A DNA stretch of 64,000 nucleotides from Phoronis australis (taxonomy: Eukaryota; Animalia; Phoronida). Position 1 is the stretch's first letter. Each line of letters starts with the position of its first letter. The position numbers were made by a program, and so were the translations under genes. Shown piece after piece: positions 1 to 12,800 of the stretch. Where the stretch lies: the NCBI GenBank assembly GCA_002633005.1, contig NMRA01000002.1, positions 2,869,194-2,933,193 of the forward strand, in the 5' to 3' direction. Below the pieces are notes generated by a model. That model saw nothing but the letters and a program-made list of their open reading frames with translations, did not search any database and was not told where the DNA came from.

Positions 1-537
1 TGCCTTTGGATTGAGGTCATTCGATGTCTGACCCAGTTCAAAGGTCAAGTAGCTGGTAATAACACGCATCAGATAGTGGCATGATTGCGAACCTTGCCAG
101 ACTTCTGGCGCACCTAGATCTGAATTCAGGTGCATCTTTGAAAATATTTTATGGGGTAGCCAGTACTCCCCTTTGTGCTCATATGGTGTATACTAGAGGT
201 ATGTTCTAACAAGTCAAAATAACCTCCCATGATCCTCAATATCTCAAGGTATCGGGCTGTTCCTCTTCACTTATCTACCTCGGCACTGGTTGGGTATAGT
301 CGTCCCTGATTTAGAGAACCAGTTTGGTCATGTAAATAATGGAGCTGTTATTCAGTGATTGCCTGGTTGTCTAAACTAAGGACCGCTGTATCCGAGCCGA
401 CCAGTGCCTCCGCCTAGACTTATTTTGGAAACTAGCTCAATCGTACAATGCGTTTTTCTACCTCCGCAAATGAGGAGCAGTGATTTCAGGATGTAAGAAT
501 TATGTAAAATCATTATTTAATCCTTATATTTTCACAG

Positions 538-842
538 AAACGCAAAAGTAAATCTAAAGGTGGTAAGCAAGCTAGCACATCTAAGCTAGCCAACAAGCGA
601 CTGACCAAGCTTGCAAAGCAGGGCAAACTGAAGAAGAAAGTAAAGAAATACCGTAGTGTCATCCAGCAATCAACGCTTGGGGTTAAGTATGAGCAAAACA
701 GCCTCAACTATCGTCAGCCAGGTCACCATGGTAACAGGGAGGAGGGGGAAGAGCCTGTTGATAACAGTGTAGATGTCGATGATCTGGACTACTTCGGCAG
801 TGGCAATCAAGATGTTAGTTTTTTGGAGAATGTCGACGGAAG
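538..842 (+). CDS. NOC3L: NOC3L exon (basic N-terminus KRKSKSKGG...VSFLENVDG)
   Basis: ttcacag acceptor, open frame, AG|gtgcgt donor; phase 2 matches next exon. Confidence 0.85.
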
Positions 843-3800
843 GTGCGTGGTAGTCATTGGTCAAGTCTACTGAGTCATCATTGATTTTCAGTTGTAGTGA
901 TTTTTTAGCAGTTTCTTAAAATCTGAGGGCTCGTCGCTTAACATAACATCAACTCGCTCATTGCGACAAGAAAAATTTCCAGGTCGTTAAATGGGAGCAT
1001 AGGTCACCAAATGTTGTTGACGAGAACCAAAAATGAAATGAATGAGTTGCCCGATGTTACAAAATGAGGAAATTACCCAGACAGTATTTTTATCCTAGAA
1101 CTGAAAATTAGGAGTGTTCTATATGTACTTGGAGATGCCAATTTCCTGCTGTCGGGCCCAATATTCTATGTACAAGCTCACTTACTGAGGTAGGAAAAGA
1201 CGATCGAGCCCTGGGTTTTTGCAGAAGTACTGAACAATTCAGACTGTAATATTTTGAGTTCGTGCTCATCCTGGGATCTTACCAAGTGGCCAAACAAAAT
1301 CTGTTAAGTCCGGTTGAAAGTGAGTTAATGACTCGTCGTGGCTCGTCACTAGAGCTGCAATCTCTTCTCACAACCTTCTGGTGATGCCTCAGTGGTCCAT
1401 TATGTACAGAGTACCCACTGCATGTAGACCTAAATACATTGTGCATAAGTACAGTGGACTATGTAGAATGGTGTTAACAGCTTGATGTCTTCGTACATTA
1501 ACAGTTCGTAATTCTCTGATGTTACAATGAAAGACTTGAAAGTTTTACAATACCTTTCGTTTGCTGAAAGTTATGTGTTTTTTGATGGCACTTAACAGTC
1601 GTTGTTTAACTCCAGTATACGTAAGACCGACCCCTATACACAATACAACTCAACAGGGATATACCCAGGTTTCAAAGCCCTGCTCGCCAGCTGGGCGAGT
1701 GAGCTAGAAAATCTACTCGCCCAGCCCGAAGTTCAGTCGCCCGGCCGTTTGCGTCTGTCACCACAAACTTGCTGCCAATGTCAATAAAAATCATTGTTTC
1801 GTGCGTTGCTGTCACCATCTATTAGGGCTAGTATCATTTTTAGAAAATGCAGAATTCCTACCAAGAAACTTTTGACGTGGATGAATTCCCAGCAACGCAA
1901 GACGTAGCCTTGGCGCAAAGCTCCATACAATGTAGTAATGTACAGCCACGGCGCCGATGTGGATAAAAGACTGACCAGTAGTGTCATTAAAAAATTAAAA
2001 AGTACACTCTTCCTTGAGTACACTAAATTATTTACAGTTGTTGAAATAACAGGCGTGATACCATTATTCTGCTGCTAAATTTGCAGCACTCACTTTTGCC
2101 TCGGCTTCCGGCGCCATGTGTGTGTCACCCATTGGCCAGTTTCTTTGATCGCCGTTTCTTCAATCAACTGTCGTTCTTTCACGAGGTTGCGTACACATCA
2201 CAACGAATTGACGCAATTGATTTCTCTTCATTATAAAATTTTAATATTTTAATACCAGCAAACCAAACTTCAGAACAAATTTTGCTTGTCATTTTCTCCT
2301 GAGAGATGTCATGAACACGTAGGGAAATGGCGCGTGTGCGTGTCACCAGCGTACTGTTTTCAAAATGACGACATACATTTCTTTGTTACAAAAGGCGGAG
2401 AATGACCCAGAAAACAACATTTGTTAGATTGTTCTTCATTTAAACGACTGCAACGGGCAAGGTGAGTGGCGGTAGACTCCTAAATTTTGCATGCAACCCC
2501 TCGCCGGTCTTTAGTTCTGCATGTTGATACTAGTTCCACGGCGAGGTGGTGAGCAGAACTAACTGTACTGTATGCAATTTCGAGGACTGCCGGAGCTCAA
2601 GTTAGTGGAACTTAACTGTATTTTGACGGTAGTCTTCCAACAGCTAACTGGCTGGCTACACAGAATGATATGTCATTCAACACAGTAACTACGTTTTAAT
2701 TAAATTTACACTTCGTCTTGTGTCTTGATGCCTTGTCTGTGTCCTTCTCTACCAATCAGATTCAAAAACTTCTCTTGTTTTCATAATAATCTATGTGATA
2801 TTTTCTTTTTTTTTTCGACGCAGTTTGCTCATAAGGAGGACTGACTCCCTCTAAAAACGTCAAATGTTACACTCGACAAATAAAAGTAAGAACGTGCAAG
2901 ACAATAGCACGTGCACCTGCCATGCACAAATCAACGCCCTTATCACGATTCTACATCGGACTAGAGCAGTTTTCAATGGGTGGGAATAATACCGTACTCG
3001 TCCGGGTTATGGCCCATGCTCAGCTTACCGCCCACCTCCATTTTTTCATGATTGAGACTTCTTTAAAAGTGTCTGTGCTTCTGTGAATGCTCGTCGCACA
3101 ACATTAGATTCCAAAACGTGGGCAACTCGCTTACCTTTCTGTGACACTCAGTTTTAGCGGAACCGGAACCTTGCCTTACTATGACGGTAAAATACCCGTA
3201 TTCTCATGCCCTTTACTGAAGGAGACACAATTGTTTCCTTTGGCTCGCGTGCGCAACTCGTGGCGGCAAGTACTCATCACTGAGAGAGAGCGCTTGTCGA
3301 ATTTATTTCATTGTCGTGGAAGAACCAGCAAAGCGGTACTTGACAGGAATTTCACGTCCTTGGCCAACCTTTCTGTGATTCCCCGTGACAGTTCACAAAA
3401 CATAACCACCCTGAGCACTGAAATAAGAAAAAGCAAGGTCTATTGTGACAAGCCAACTTGTCTCGCTGTTCCCCGTCTTGGCCCCGTCTTGGGTAAACGC
3501 ACGTTTTTAATGACTTTCCTTCCTGACACCAAAATAGAAGCGCCTAACCTAAAGAAACAGCGCAAGAAATCAGCTTGTCAAAAAGCGCGAGTCAAACATT
3601 CTGTCCACATCCACATGGTCAAAAACTTATTTTTGAACTTTTGATTTGTCTGATGACTTTTTTACATGATGTGTTTTTGCTTCATTATTTTGGCAGCCGA
3701 CCATTCACCCCTATTGCCTAATAGTAGTATCCACGATTGTTGAGCATGTGCTTTGAACAAGAGCGGTGTTGGCTTTGAACTAAAAAAAAGAAATATATCA

Positions 3801-6800
3801 TGTATATAAAATGTTACATTATTCTAAGTTCAAAGTATTCAGTAAGAACACCTGGCAATCATTAGCACGTGTTTGGTTGCCTAGGTGTCCAGCGGGAGGC
3901 AAATCTTTACAAAATCAAATGCTTCTCTTAGAAATACACCATGAACTAGCGGAGTCTTGCTTAATTGATCTGTCTTTTCTCTCGAGAGCCTTGCCCTACT
4001 GAACGCCCGTCTACTTGTAGGAATACCTTAGTTCTAAGCTAGGAACCAGTAAGAGACCAATTATAGGATTAGCCACACAGCTATGCTTTGTTGTTTGCCG
4101 CGTTGCTATTCCTTCTCTTGTGGTTCCTAGTTCTAAGAGATGACGAACAACGACCGAGGTACATAAAAACCCAATCACGCTCGGGATCACGACATTAGTG
4201 CATCGTGTGTGCTTTTCCACTACAGGCTGTCAAAGTCCATTACTTCAATCCCCAAACCTATATTTTAACTGATATGTTTGAAGTCTGATGTCAGTGTTGG
4301 TCCTTGAGGGTAAAATCGGTCCTCCGTGCAGTAAGCAACAACTCAAGACTTTTCAAAAATTTCAATTTTAACCACCCATGCTCGGCTTACCGCCCAGCCC
4401 CTGTTTTTTAGATTCCCAATTTAGGAGCACTGGGCGGTAATGCAGATGAGTACGGTACTCATTGTTTTGCCAGTGACCGCACCGAGAAACGCTGTGCTGT
4501 ACTGCTAAATCACATAGCTGGACCAAAATACGGAAGAAACCTTTGCATCAGGTAATCTTATGGCCACACCAAAGAGACTCTATACGAGTATGATCAATCT
4601 AGCTAAAATTGTGATACGTTATTTTGATAATAACGATAACATGGACAACCATTTTATTGTATATTGTGTGTTTTAAATGTTCTGATTTATAAAATAATTT
4701 TGGCTAAAATGACATTGTCCACAAGTTCCTTCATCCACGACTACACACTGTGATCTTTTGTCTAAATGAGCCGCGTAAGGGGTGACATCTACTGAATCGG
4801 CTGGAGTGCACTGCGCCAATGTTTTTTTCTGCCGGAGCATCGACATGGTGACCAAACTGAACCTTTGTTTTCATGATAAAAACAGCACAAGGAGGAGAAA
4901 ATTTATCCATTTGCTTTGCACTCTGAAAATTCACTTGCCACCTGGGCGACAACTTCTGGGTCATTTTGTTGTTTTCTTTTGGCTTGTACTGCGCTGTCGT
5001 AAAATTGAATGTATTGAAATCAATGTTGGTAATTATTCTTTCCACTCATGATGAGATTCTACCATTCTTGGTTTTAGCAGTTTTTATTATGCGTCTTTTC
5101 ATGTGATACGAGGTAAAATTTTGTGAATTTTTGAAAAATGACAATTTTGGCAATTAATAATTTTTCGTAACATGTTTTTTTACGAAATTACTTCTGAAAA
5201 TTTATCTGGTTGTTACAGTGTGTCAATTACTGTAGTTGTTGTTTCAGCAAGGAGCGGTTTGATAGCTACAAGCGGAAGCGGCTTGCACCAGACCTGGAGG
5301 AAAATTACGAAGTCATTCCGAGAAAGAGGCTGGGACACGACAGTGCGGAGATGAAGGCGTTGTTACCGATTAAAAATAGGAAAGGCATTGTTCCGCAGAT
5401 GATCGAAAAGTCTAAACTTGGTCAGTTTGAGGTGCATGGTTGTACAGGGTGACCAGAAAATGAACCCATAAAAAATTAATTCATTCTGTTTGAATCCATT
5501 AATTTTTTTTCAACCTCAGTCTGTGGATGATCTTTCCACAAGGTTTTCCATATGAGTCGGTGTGTGATGATTTTTTCGTTCTTTCCTAGAGAATTGAAAT
5601 TTAGAATTTTATTCAAAATCTGGTGGTTTCATTTTTTTGGTCACCCAGTGAAATGCAGTGTTCTTAATGCATTTGTCGAAAGACATATGACGTCGTTATT
5701 TTTTGGGTATGTTGAGGGGAATGAGAGAGCGTACTTAGTGTTATTTCCGTAATAATTGAACTTGAATTACTCGATTTACAAGGCAGTTTTGATGGTGAGC
5801 AAATAACAGGGCTGAAATTGATGTGTGCTAATCATTTGTGATATGTCTTCGTTACATGCCTGTGTAAATACCAGTCAGGGTCAAAGTGGAAACAACCGTG
5901 CTTCGTGTGCTTGCACAAGACGTGTGTCCCGTCAGATATGTGTGAATAGAAGCTCACAAGGATCAACTCTTCGTAAAGAGTTCTTGTGTGAATGCTAAAC
6001 AAGTTTTTCAACAAACTAATTGTTACCTACTGCTCTATTGATGTACTCAGTTCTTACTGCTGTCTATTGACAGTCAGATGAGTTCTTTTTGTATACTTTT
6101 GTGTATGTCTTAGATTGGTCACATGGTGATCCGCTCTATGCGTACGATATAAATGCGCGCGTATCTACTTAACTTTGGGGCAGTTGATGGTCGGTGAGGC
6201 TTTAATGAAGTGTCGCATTATGCTCCTTGAGTCCGGCTGACGCTATTCTTTTACTTGTTCATTACGTCAGATGTTTCTAAGTTGCGTTGTTAAACAAAAT
6301 ATTTAGTGGTGTCTTCCATCTTTATTTTCATTCTGTTCCCTCGCACTTGCATCCAGATTATTGATATCACAGCCATGCTCTCTTAGTTTATCAACGCTAT
6401 ACACAAACGACGATTACGAAAGGCGTAAATGCTAGACGTGCTTGTCAACTTTAATTTTAGTGACAATTCCAGACATTCCTAAAGATGACGTCGTAGAGCA
6501 AGAGAAACTCGTTAATGGCCATAAAGAAGAAGATGGTGAACTAGGTGACCAAGAGGTGGAGCCACTTCCTGAGCTCACCACAGCTGAATTGTTCGCACAA
6601 AGGCAAGAAAAACTAATGTTGGCGAAGGAACAGATTGCTGCCTTATCCAGTGCTATTATTGAGAATCCCGAGGAAAGTGTAGGTATTACCTAAATGAAAC
6701 AAATTTGGAAAATTGATACATCTTTGGTGTATGAAGTTCAAAGAGTTAAATACTAAAATCAAAATCCAGTTTTGACTGAATTTGACCATGAAAGAGAGAT

Positions 6801-9800
6801 ACCAGAATATTAAATTTGAAGCTGTCCATACCTGTCACACGACCCCTCCCCTCGACTGGAAATTTTGTTCCTCAGTTGTTGCATCTCTGTAATGCTTTTT
6901 TCATTCATGTCTTCGTTTTAGACACGGAAACTGAAGGAACTGCGGCTGATGCTTGAGGAGAAAGACCCAATCATTTTTCTCACTGTCCGTAAACTGGTCA
7001 TGATATCGCTTATGGAGGTGTTTAAAGATATCCTCCCTGGCTACAGGATCCGATTGGCTACTGACAAGGAAATGGAGCAGCAGGTGAGAATGTTGCATTG
7101 TGGGTAAAGATGTGTTTGGACCCTGCTGTTGGGTATCAGAAACAAGAAAAATTCGATTTAGCAAACATGTCATTTAACTTGTAAATTAGCCATTCGATTT
7201 TACCATTTCAAAGTTGTAAATAACAAAAAAAACCTGGGAATTGTATTTATTGTTTTAGGTGAAAAAAGAGACAAAGAAACTGCGTGAGTTCGAACAAAGC
7301 TTGCTGACCAATTACAAGCACTACTTGGAGTTCTTAGAGTTAATGGTGAAAGGTGAGTTATTGCCTGATAAATTAGCGATTGCATACACTACATGCCAAA
7401 AGTATTTAGACATAATGACCTGGACAGAAGCCTAATTTGTCGTTGGAGTGGTTTTCCTCTTGAGCCAGAAAGAACAGAAATTAACAGGAAACTTAGTATG
7501 GTGGCTAAGTCCTTGAATCTGTAAGGGCTGTTCCAGTAAAATCCGTGTGGGAGGGGGGGGGACGGCAGTAAAAATAAAAATTCATGGGTGGTGGTCTTCA
7601 GAAAAAAACTCAAATTATGGGTGGTCGTTCCTGCAAGAAGTGATGCATTAAAAATGGGTGGTATTTTTTGATCTGTTAACGTTGACAGGTTGGTTAATTC
7701 AGCCAACACATCTCCAAAGAAATCAAAACTCAAAAAATACGATTGGCATATATCCCAACTTATCCCAATACAAAAAAGCCCATATTGCCAGTGAACAGAG
7801 TGCAATATGTTCACTAAGCCATTAATCAAGTCATGGGCAACTTGATTTGAGCCAAGGGCTTGTCTGCAGTCCTATTGAATTGAAAAGTTATGCAACACTA
7901 AACTGGTGTTAACACATATAAGAAAATTGATGATTTTTAAATAAAAAGTATGAGGAGTAAGATAAACAAGTTCCAATATTCACTTGACATAGAAGTATAA
8001 AAGAGTTTGTGGAGACAGTTTGAGATTCATAGATCCTTATAATTGAAAAAATGTTCATTGAAATTATAGACACATGGTGAACAGAGACACCTGGTGGCTG
8101 CCAAAAGTATTGTTCACAGGCTACTTTAATTTTTGACAATATTGGACAAGACAACTAGTTCTTGTCTGTCAATCATCTAAGTTCTTAACAGGTCCTCCTG
8201 GAGGCAATTTNAGGCTTTAATGAAGTCTCGCATTATGCTCCATGAGTCCAGCTGACGCTATTCCCTTACTTGTTCATTACGTCAGATGTTTCTAAGTTGC
8301 GTTGCTAAACAAAATGCTGTCTTCCATCTTTATTTTCATTCTGTTCCCTCGCACTCGCATCCAGATTATTGATATTACAGCCATGCGATCTTAGTTTATC
8401 AACGCTATACACAAACGACAATTGCGAAAGGCGTAAATGCTAGACGTGCTAGTGAACTTTAATTTTAGTGACAATTCCAGACATTCCTAAAGATGACATC
8501 ATAGAGCAAGAGAAACTCGTTAATGTGCATCAAGAAGAAGATGGTGAACTAGGTGACCAAGAGGTGGAGCCACTTCCTGAGCTCACCACAGCTGAATTGT
8601 TCGCACAAAGGCAAGAAAAGCTAGTGTCAGCGAAGGAACAGATTGCTGCCTTATCCAGTGCTATTATTGAGAATCCCGAGGAAAGTGTAGGTATTACCTG
8701 AATGAAACAAATGTGGAAAATTGATACATCTTTGGTGTATGAAGTTCAAATAGTTAAATACTAAAATCAAAATCCAGTTTTGACTGAATTTGACCATGAA
8801 AGACAGATACCAGAATATTAAATTTGAAGCTGTCCATACCTGTCACACGACCCTTCCCCTCGACTGGAAATTTTGTTCCTCGGTTGTTGCGTCTCTGTAA
8901 TGCTTTTTTTCATTCATGTCTTCGTTTTAGACACGGAAACTGAAGGAACTGCGGCTGATGCTTGAGGAGAAAGACCCAATCATTTTTCTCACTGTCCGTA
9001 AACTGGTCATGATATCGCTTATGGAGGTGTTTAAAGATATCATCCCTGGCTACAGGATTCGATTGGCTACTGACAAGGAAATGGAGCAGCAGGTGAGAAT
9101 GTTGCGTTGTGGGTAAAGATGTGTTTGGACGCTGCTTTTGGGTATCAAAAACAAGAAAAATTTGATTTAGCAAACATGTCATTTAATTTGTAAATTAGCA
9201 ATTCGATTTTACCATTTCATGTGGTCGTAAATACCAAAAAAAACCTGGGAATTGTATTTATTGTTTTAGGTGAAAAAAGAGACAAAGAAACTGCGTGAGT
9301 TCGAACAAAGCTTGCTGACCAATTACAAGCACTACTTGGAGTTCTTGGAGTTAATGGTGAAAGGTGAGTTATTGCCTGATAAATCAGCGATTGCATACAG
9401 TACATGCCAAAAGTATTTAGACATAATGACCTGGACAGAAGACTAATTTGTCGTTGGAGTGGTTTTCCTCTTGAGCCAGAAAGAACAGAAATTAACAGGA
9501 AACTTAGTATGGTGGCTAAGTCCTTTAATCTCTAATTAGAATTTTGCCCCATAATTGTTATCATCAGACAAGTCATTTTTGCGGTTAACTGAATTAATCG
9601 TCATGAGGGGAAACAGTATTTTGTCTGACTACTTTTGTCTTGCACTGTATTGACAAGTTACTGTCAGCTTTATGGAATGCATATTTGTCTTTCATTGAGC
9701 CGTGAATTGCAGAGAAGTAAATCAGTGTTTTACTTTGTATGGATTTGTTTAAAGTTAGTGTTTTAGTAATTTTACATGATACTAATTTGTTAGGTTCCAT

Positions 9801-12800
9801 GAAAAGTAACGACACTTGTACATGGTATTGGAGAACACCAATCAGTCTGAAGCTTCAGCTCTTCTTCCATTCCAATTCAGCTTTAAACTAATGCACTCTC
9901 TTTCATGTTGAAATTGTTTGCACACTCAAGGCTCTTGCTCACGTGACGGGAACAGTGCCTGTGCCTTCTGAAAGGGGAAGTTTTGGTTGAGGAGGACTCC
10001 CCCTTGAGTGAAATTTTTAATCATCAAAGAGAAATACTTGAGCCTGATGGAATTTCGTTTGGTTTTTGAACATCTTTCAGAGGGTAACGAAACTGAAATT
10101 TGGCCCCAAAATCGAGGCAGTGAAGACCCTGCCACTTAGTCACTTGTTCCTGTAGTATAATGTTTTTTTGTGCACTCACAAAACATGGCTTATCAACCCA
10201 AAAAGGCACCAGGCCTTGGACTGAGAATCAGGTGCATGATTCAATAAAGAGTCTGTGAGTCGTGTTTAAAGGTGCCAGAGCTGAGTCCATGAGCTGTGCT
10301 TTTTAGGTGCATCATCCCTTGTTTTGTGATTTCGGAGCTGTGTTTGTGAGTTATTTGGTCCAGCACTCATGTTTATGACTGTGTGAGCTGTGCTGTCTGG
10401 TTAGCCTGACGCTACAGAACTCGTGGTACTCCTTTAAAATTTTGTGACACGAATGTTAACATCAAGCTCGTGTGACGTTACATTTGAAGATGTTTTGGTA
10501 GGCACTGCGAAGAAATCGGGTCAAAAGAACAGCAAGAAACGAGGGAAATTTCATAACTTACCACCAACTCCACCTCGGGCACAACCGGTGAGTTATGGAT
10601 GTTTTGGAAGCTACACGAGTTCCATGAAAGTGTCAAGACATTTTTGTGTTAAAGTCCTTATCTCAAAGGACATTCTAGTTCAGAAACTTTAAAATATATA
10701 CCAAATTAAGTAATATGTAACATGGCATAATGTTCACATCCTTTCTCTTATCAAACTAAAATCCTTTTTAAGCACAATTTTGTATATCGGTGTGATCGGA
10801 AAATCATCGACTATTCCCATCTATTTCCGTGACCTGAGTTCCTGTGTGTCAGTTCAGGAACGATTCCTGAATGACGGTCATGTTGTCATTGAAAACGTTT
10901 TGACATCACCGTGAGTGCAAATGCGTTTTTACTTTGTTTGTATGTTTTTGATTCCCATTTTGGTTCTTTTTACACAAAATTGATTATTTATTGTCCAAAT
11001 TTTACCTGTTCTTTGCATATGATGAATGGTATTTAATGCATAATCATAAGTTTGTGAAGTACCGTCGCAAAGTCTCGTAGCCAACGCTCGGCTGCTGAGG
11101 TCAGCCCTGACTCAACGCAAGGTTACGTCAAATTTCAGCAACAGTACCCGTTTAGGTAATAAATTAAAGGAAAAAGGTTTCTTGATAAACAAATGTGTAA
11201 AGCCTGAAGTTAGCAATTGCCGTGTCACGGTGACTACCCGGATGTGAGCGCATTGCGTAATTGGCAGCAAATCGGTACCGGCATTACTGGCCGTTAAAAA
11301 TGTAAAATAGAAAAAAAAAAAAACATCCACATACGGCGATGTTTCAACAAGCAAAAACGAGTTTCATCCCAAAACTGACAGTGAGCTCCACACCTGTGGT
11401 TGATTTTGCTACCAGGACACAGAAATCGGCGAAGTAATTCCTCGGCCTGCAGTCGCCGTGACTCTTCGCCGGGAAAATAACCACTTGCATAATTCGCTTT
11501 CAAATTGATTTTCAATTATCAGGGACAATATATTTTCAAATCTCACAAAAGCAAACTTACAATATATGCCTCTGTTCTCTAAAAATATAAAAATTCCGCA
11601 TCACAAACCGGGGCGGGGGGGAGTGTAGTGGATTTTCGTCAATGAGCTGAATGTCGGTGATGGGAAAATATTGGAGTGTTAGGAGCATGACGCAGTATTT
11701 TTTAATCTCTTTGTCACAGGAATTTCACTGATTCAGGGCCGGGTAGCTAATTAATTTTTTCATCTTGTCCCGTGGGGCACAGATGTCTAACCTCGCACGG
11801 CAGGCCAGGCGGTCCGGCTGTGCCGGCCGTGCTGGCTAGCAGTGTATACGAATGTTTCTGGCTAAGTGGGAATTATTCCTTTTACTTTAAACTCATTAAT
11901 ACTTATATTATACCATTTGGCACCAGGTTTTCTACCTGAAGTTATTTCGCTACCAAATGGTATTCTCTTGGCAGTCAGCCACCCGCCCGTAGCGAAGTCG
12001 CGTCTAAATTTATTTTCCATATTTACACAAGTTTAACTGTCAGGATATTCTAACTGCATAGCAGTTTTATTCAGTTGTTTTTGATGTTGCATATTCGTTT
12101 TTCTGTTTATACTGTTTGTTTACCAGAGTTAGTTAAACCAAGAAAAACATGCTTAGCCTAGCCCGCCACAGTCGGCCTGGCAATCATTGCCGCAACGGGG
12201 AATGTTACTAGTCGGTAAACTATCTTTGTATGTATATGGCATTCATGATTTGAGCAATTTATTCCTATAAAACAGCGGGGGACAGCATGCCCTCGTCTTT
12301 TGTCAGTGTGAGTGATCTCGATCGGTCTGCACCAGGTCATCGGCTTTAGGTCTGAGCCTAGTAAAATAATGTCTGTCAAAATTTATTTTTTCACATTTTG
12401 TTAACATTTTCATTAAAAATTGTCCCTATTTTGGTTTTAGAAAAGTTGAGGTCCGCTGTCGATTATTTTATCCCCATTTGCAGGCTGGTAACGAACTCTG
12501 CTCCAATCACACAACTGGGGTATACGTAGCCTAGGTTCCTGAGTGAATTGTTCTTCCGGTTTCGCGGGTCGGAATCGTGAGGCATTTGTTTAAACTTTCT
12601 TCGACTATGGATAATGTATTGGTTATGGGATAAGTACTGCATGGTTCCTTAGAATGTCTTCTAACTATTTAATGATGGTTAAAAAAAGTGTGCATCTAAG
12701 ACTTCAACTTTAGGGGCAGCTAATATTTCAACAGTAATAGATAAGAATTATTTCGATAGTGAACAGATGGGATACGTCCAGTTCGAATTATGGCTGGTTT

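Larger units (their letters stand above)
6197..9531. repeat. ~1.3-kb tandem duplication (6197-7520 vs 8212-9531) joined at a single n
   Basis: a few percent divergence with small indels; copy A is followed by ~690 bp (7521-8210) not seen after copy B. Confidence 0.9.

Noticed and set aside
448-497. NOC3L start exon
   Set aside because: One ATG meets a stop and the other gives the wrong phase with a 45-nt intron; the real start is probably upstream of the window
3141-3644. 167-aa ORF as a gene or transposase
   Set aside because: GTG start, no DDE/HTH motifs, lies within a non-autonomous element
6901-7385. Minus-strand ORFs over NOC3L exons (also 513-864, 8910-9405)
   Set aside because: Antisense shadows of real coding exons
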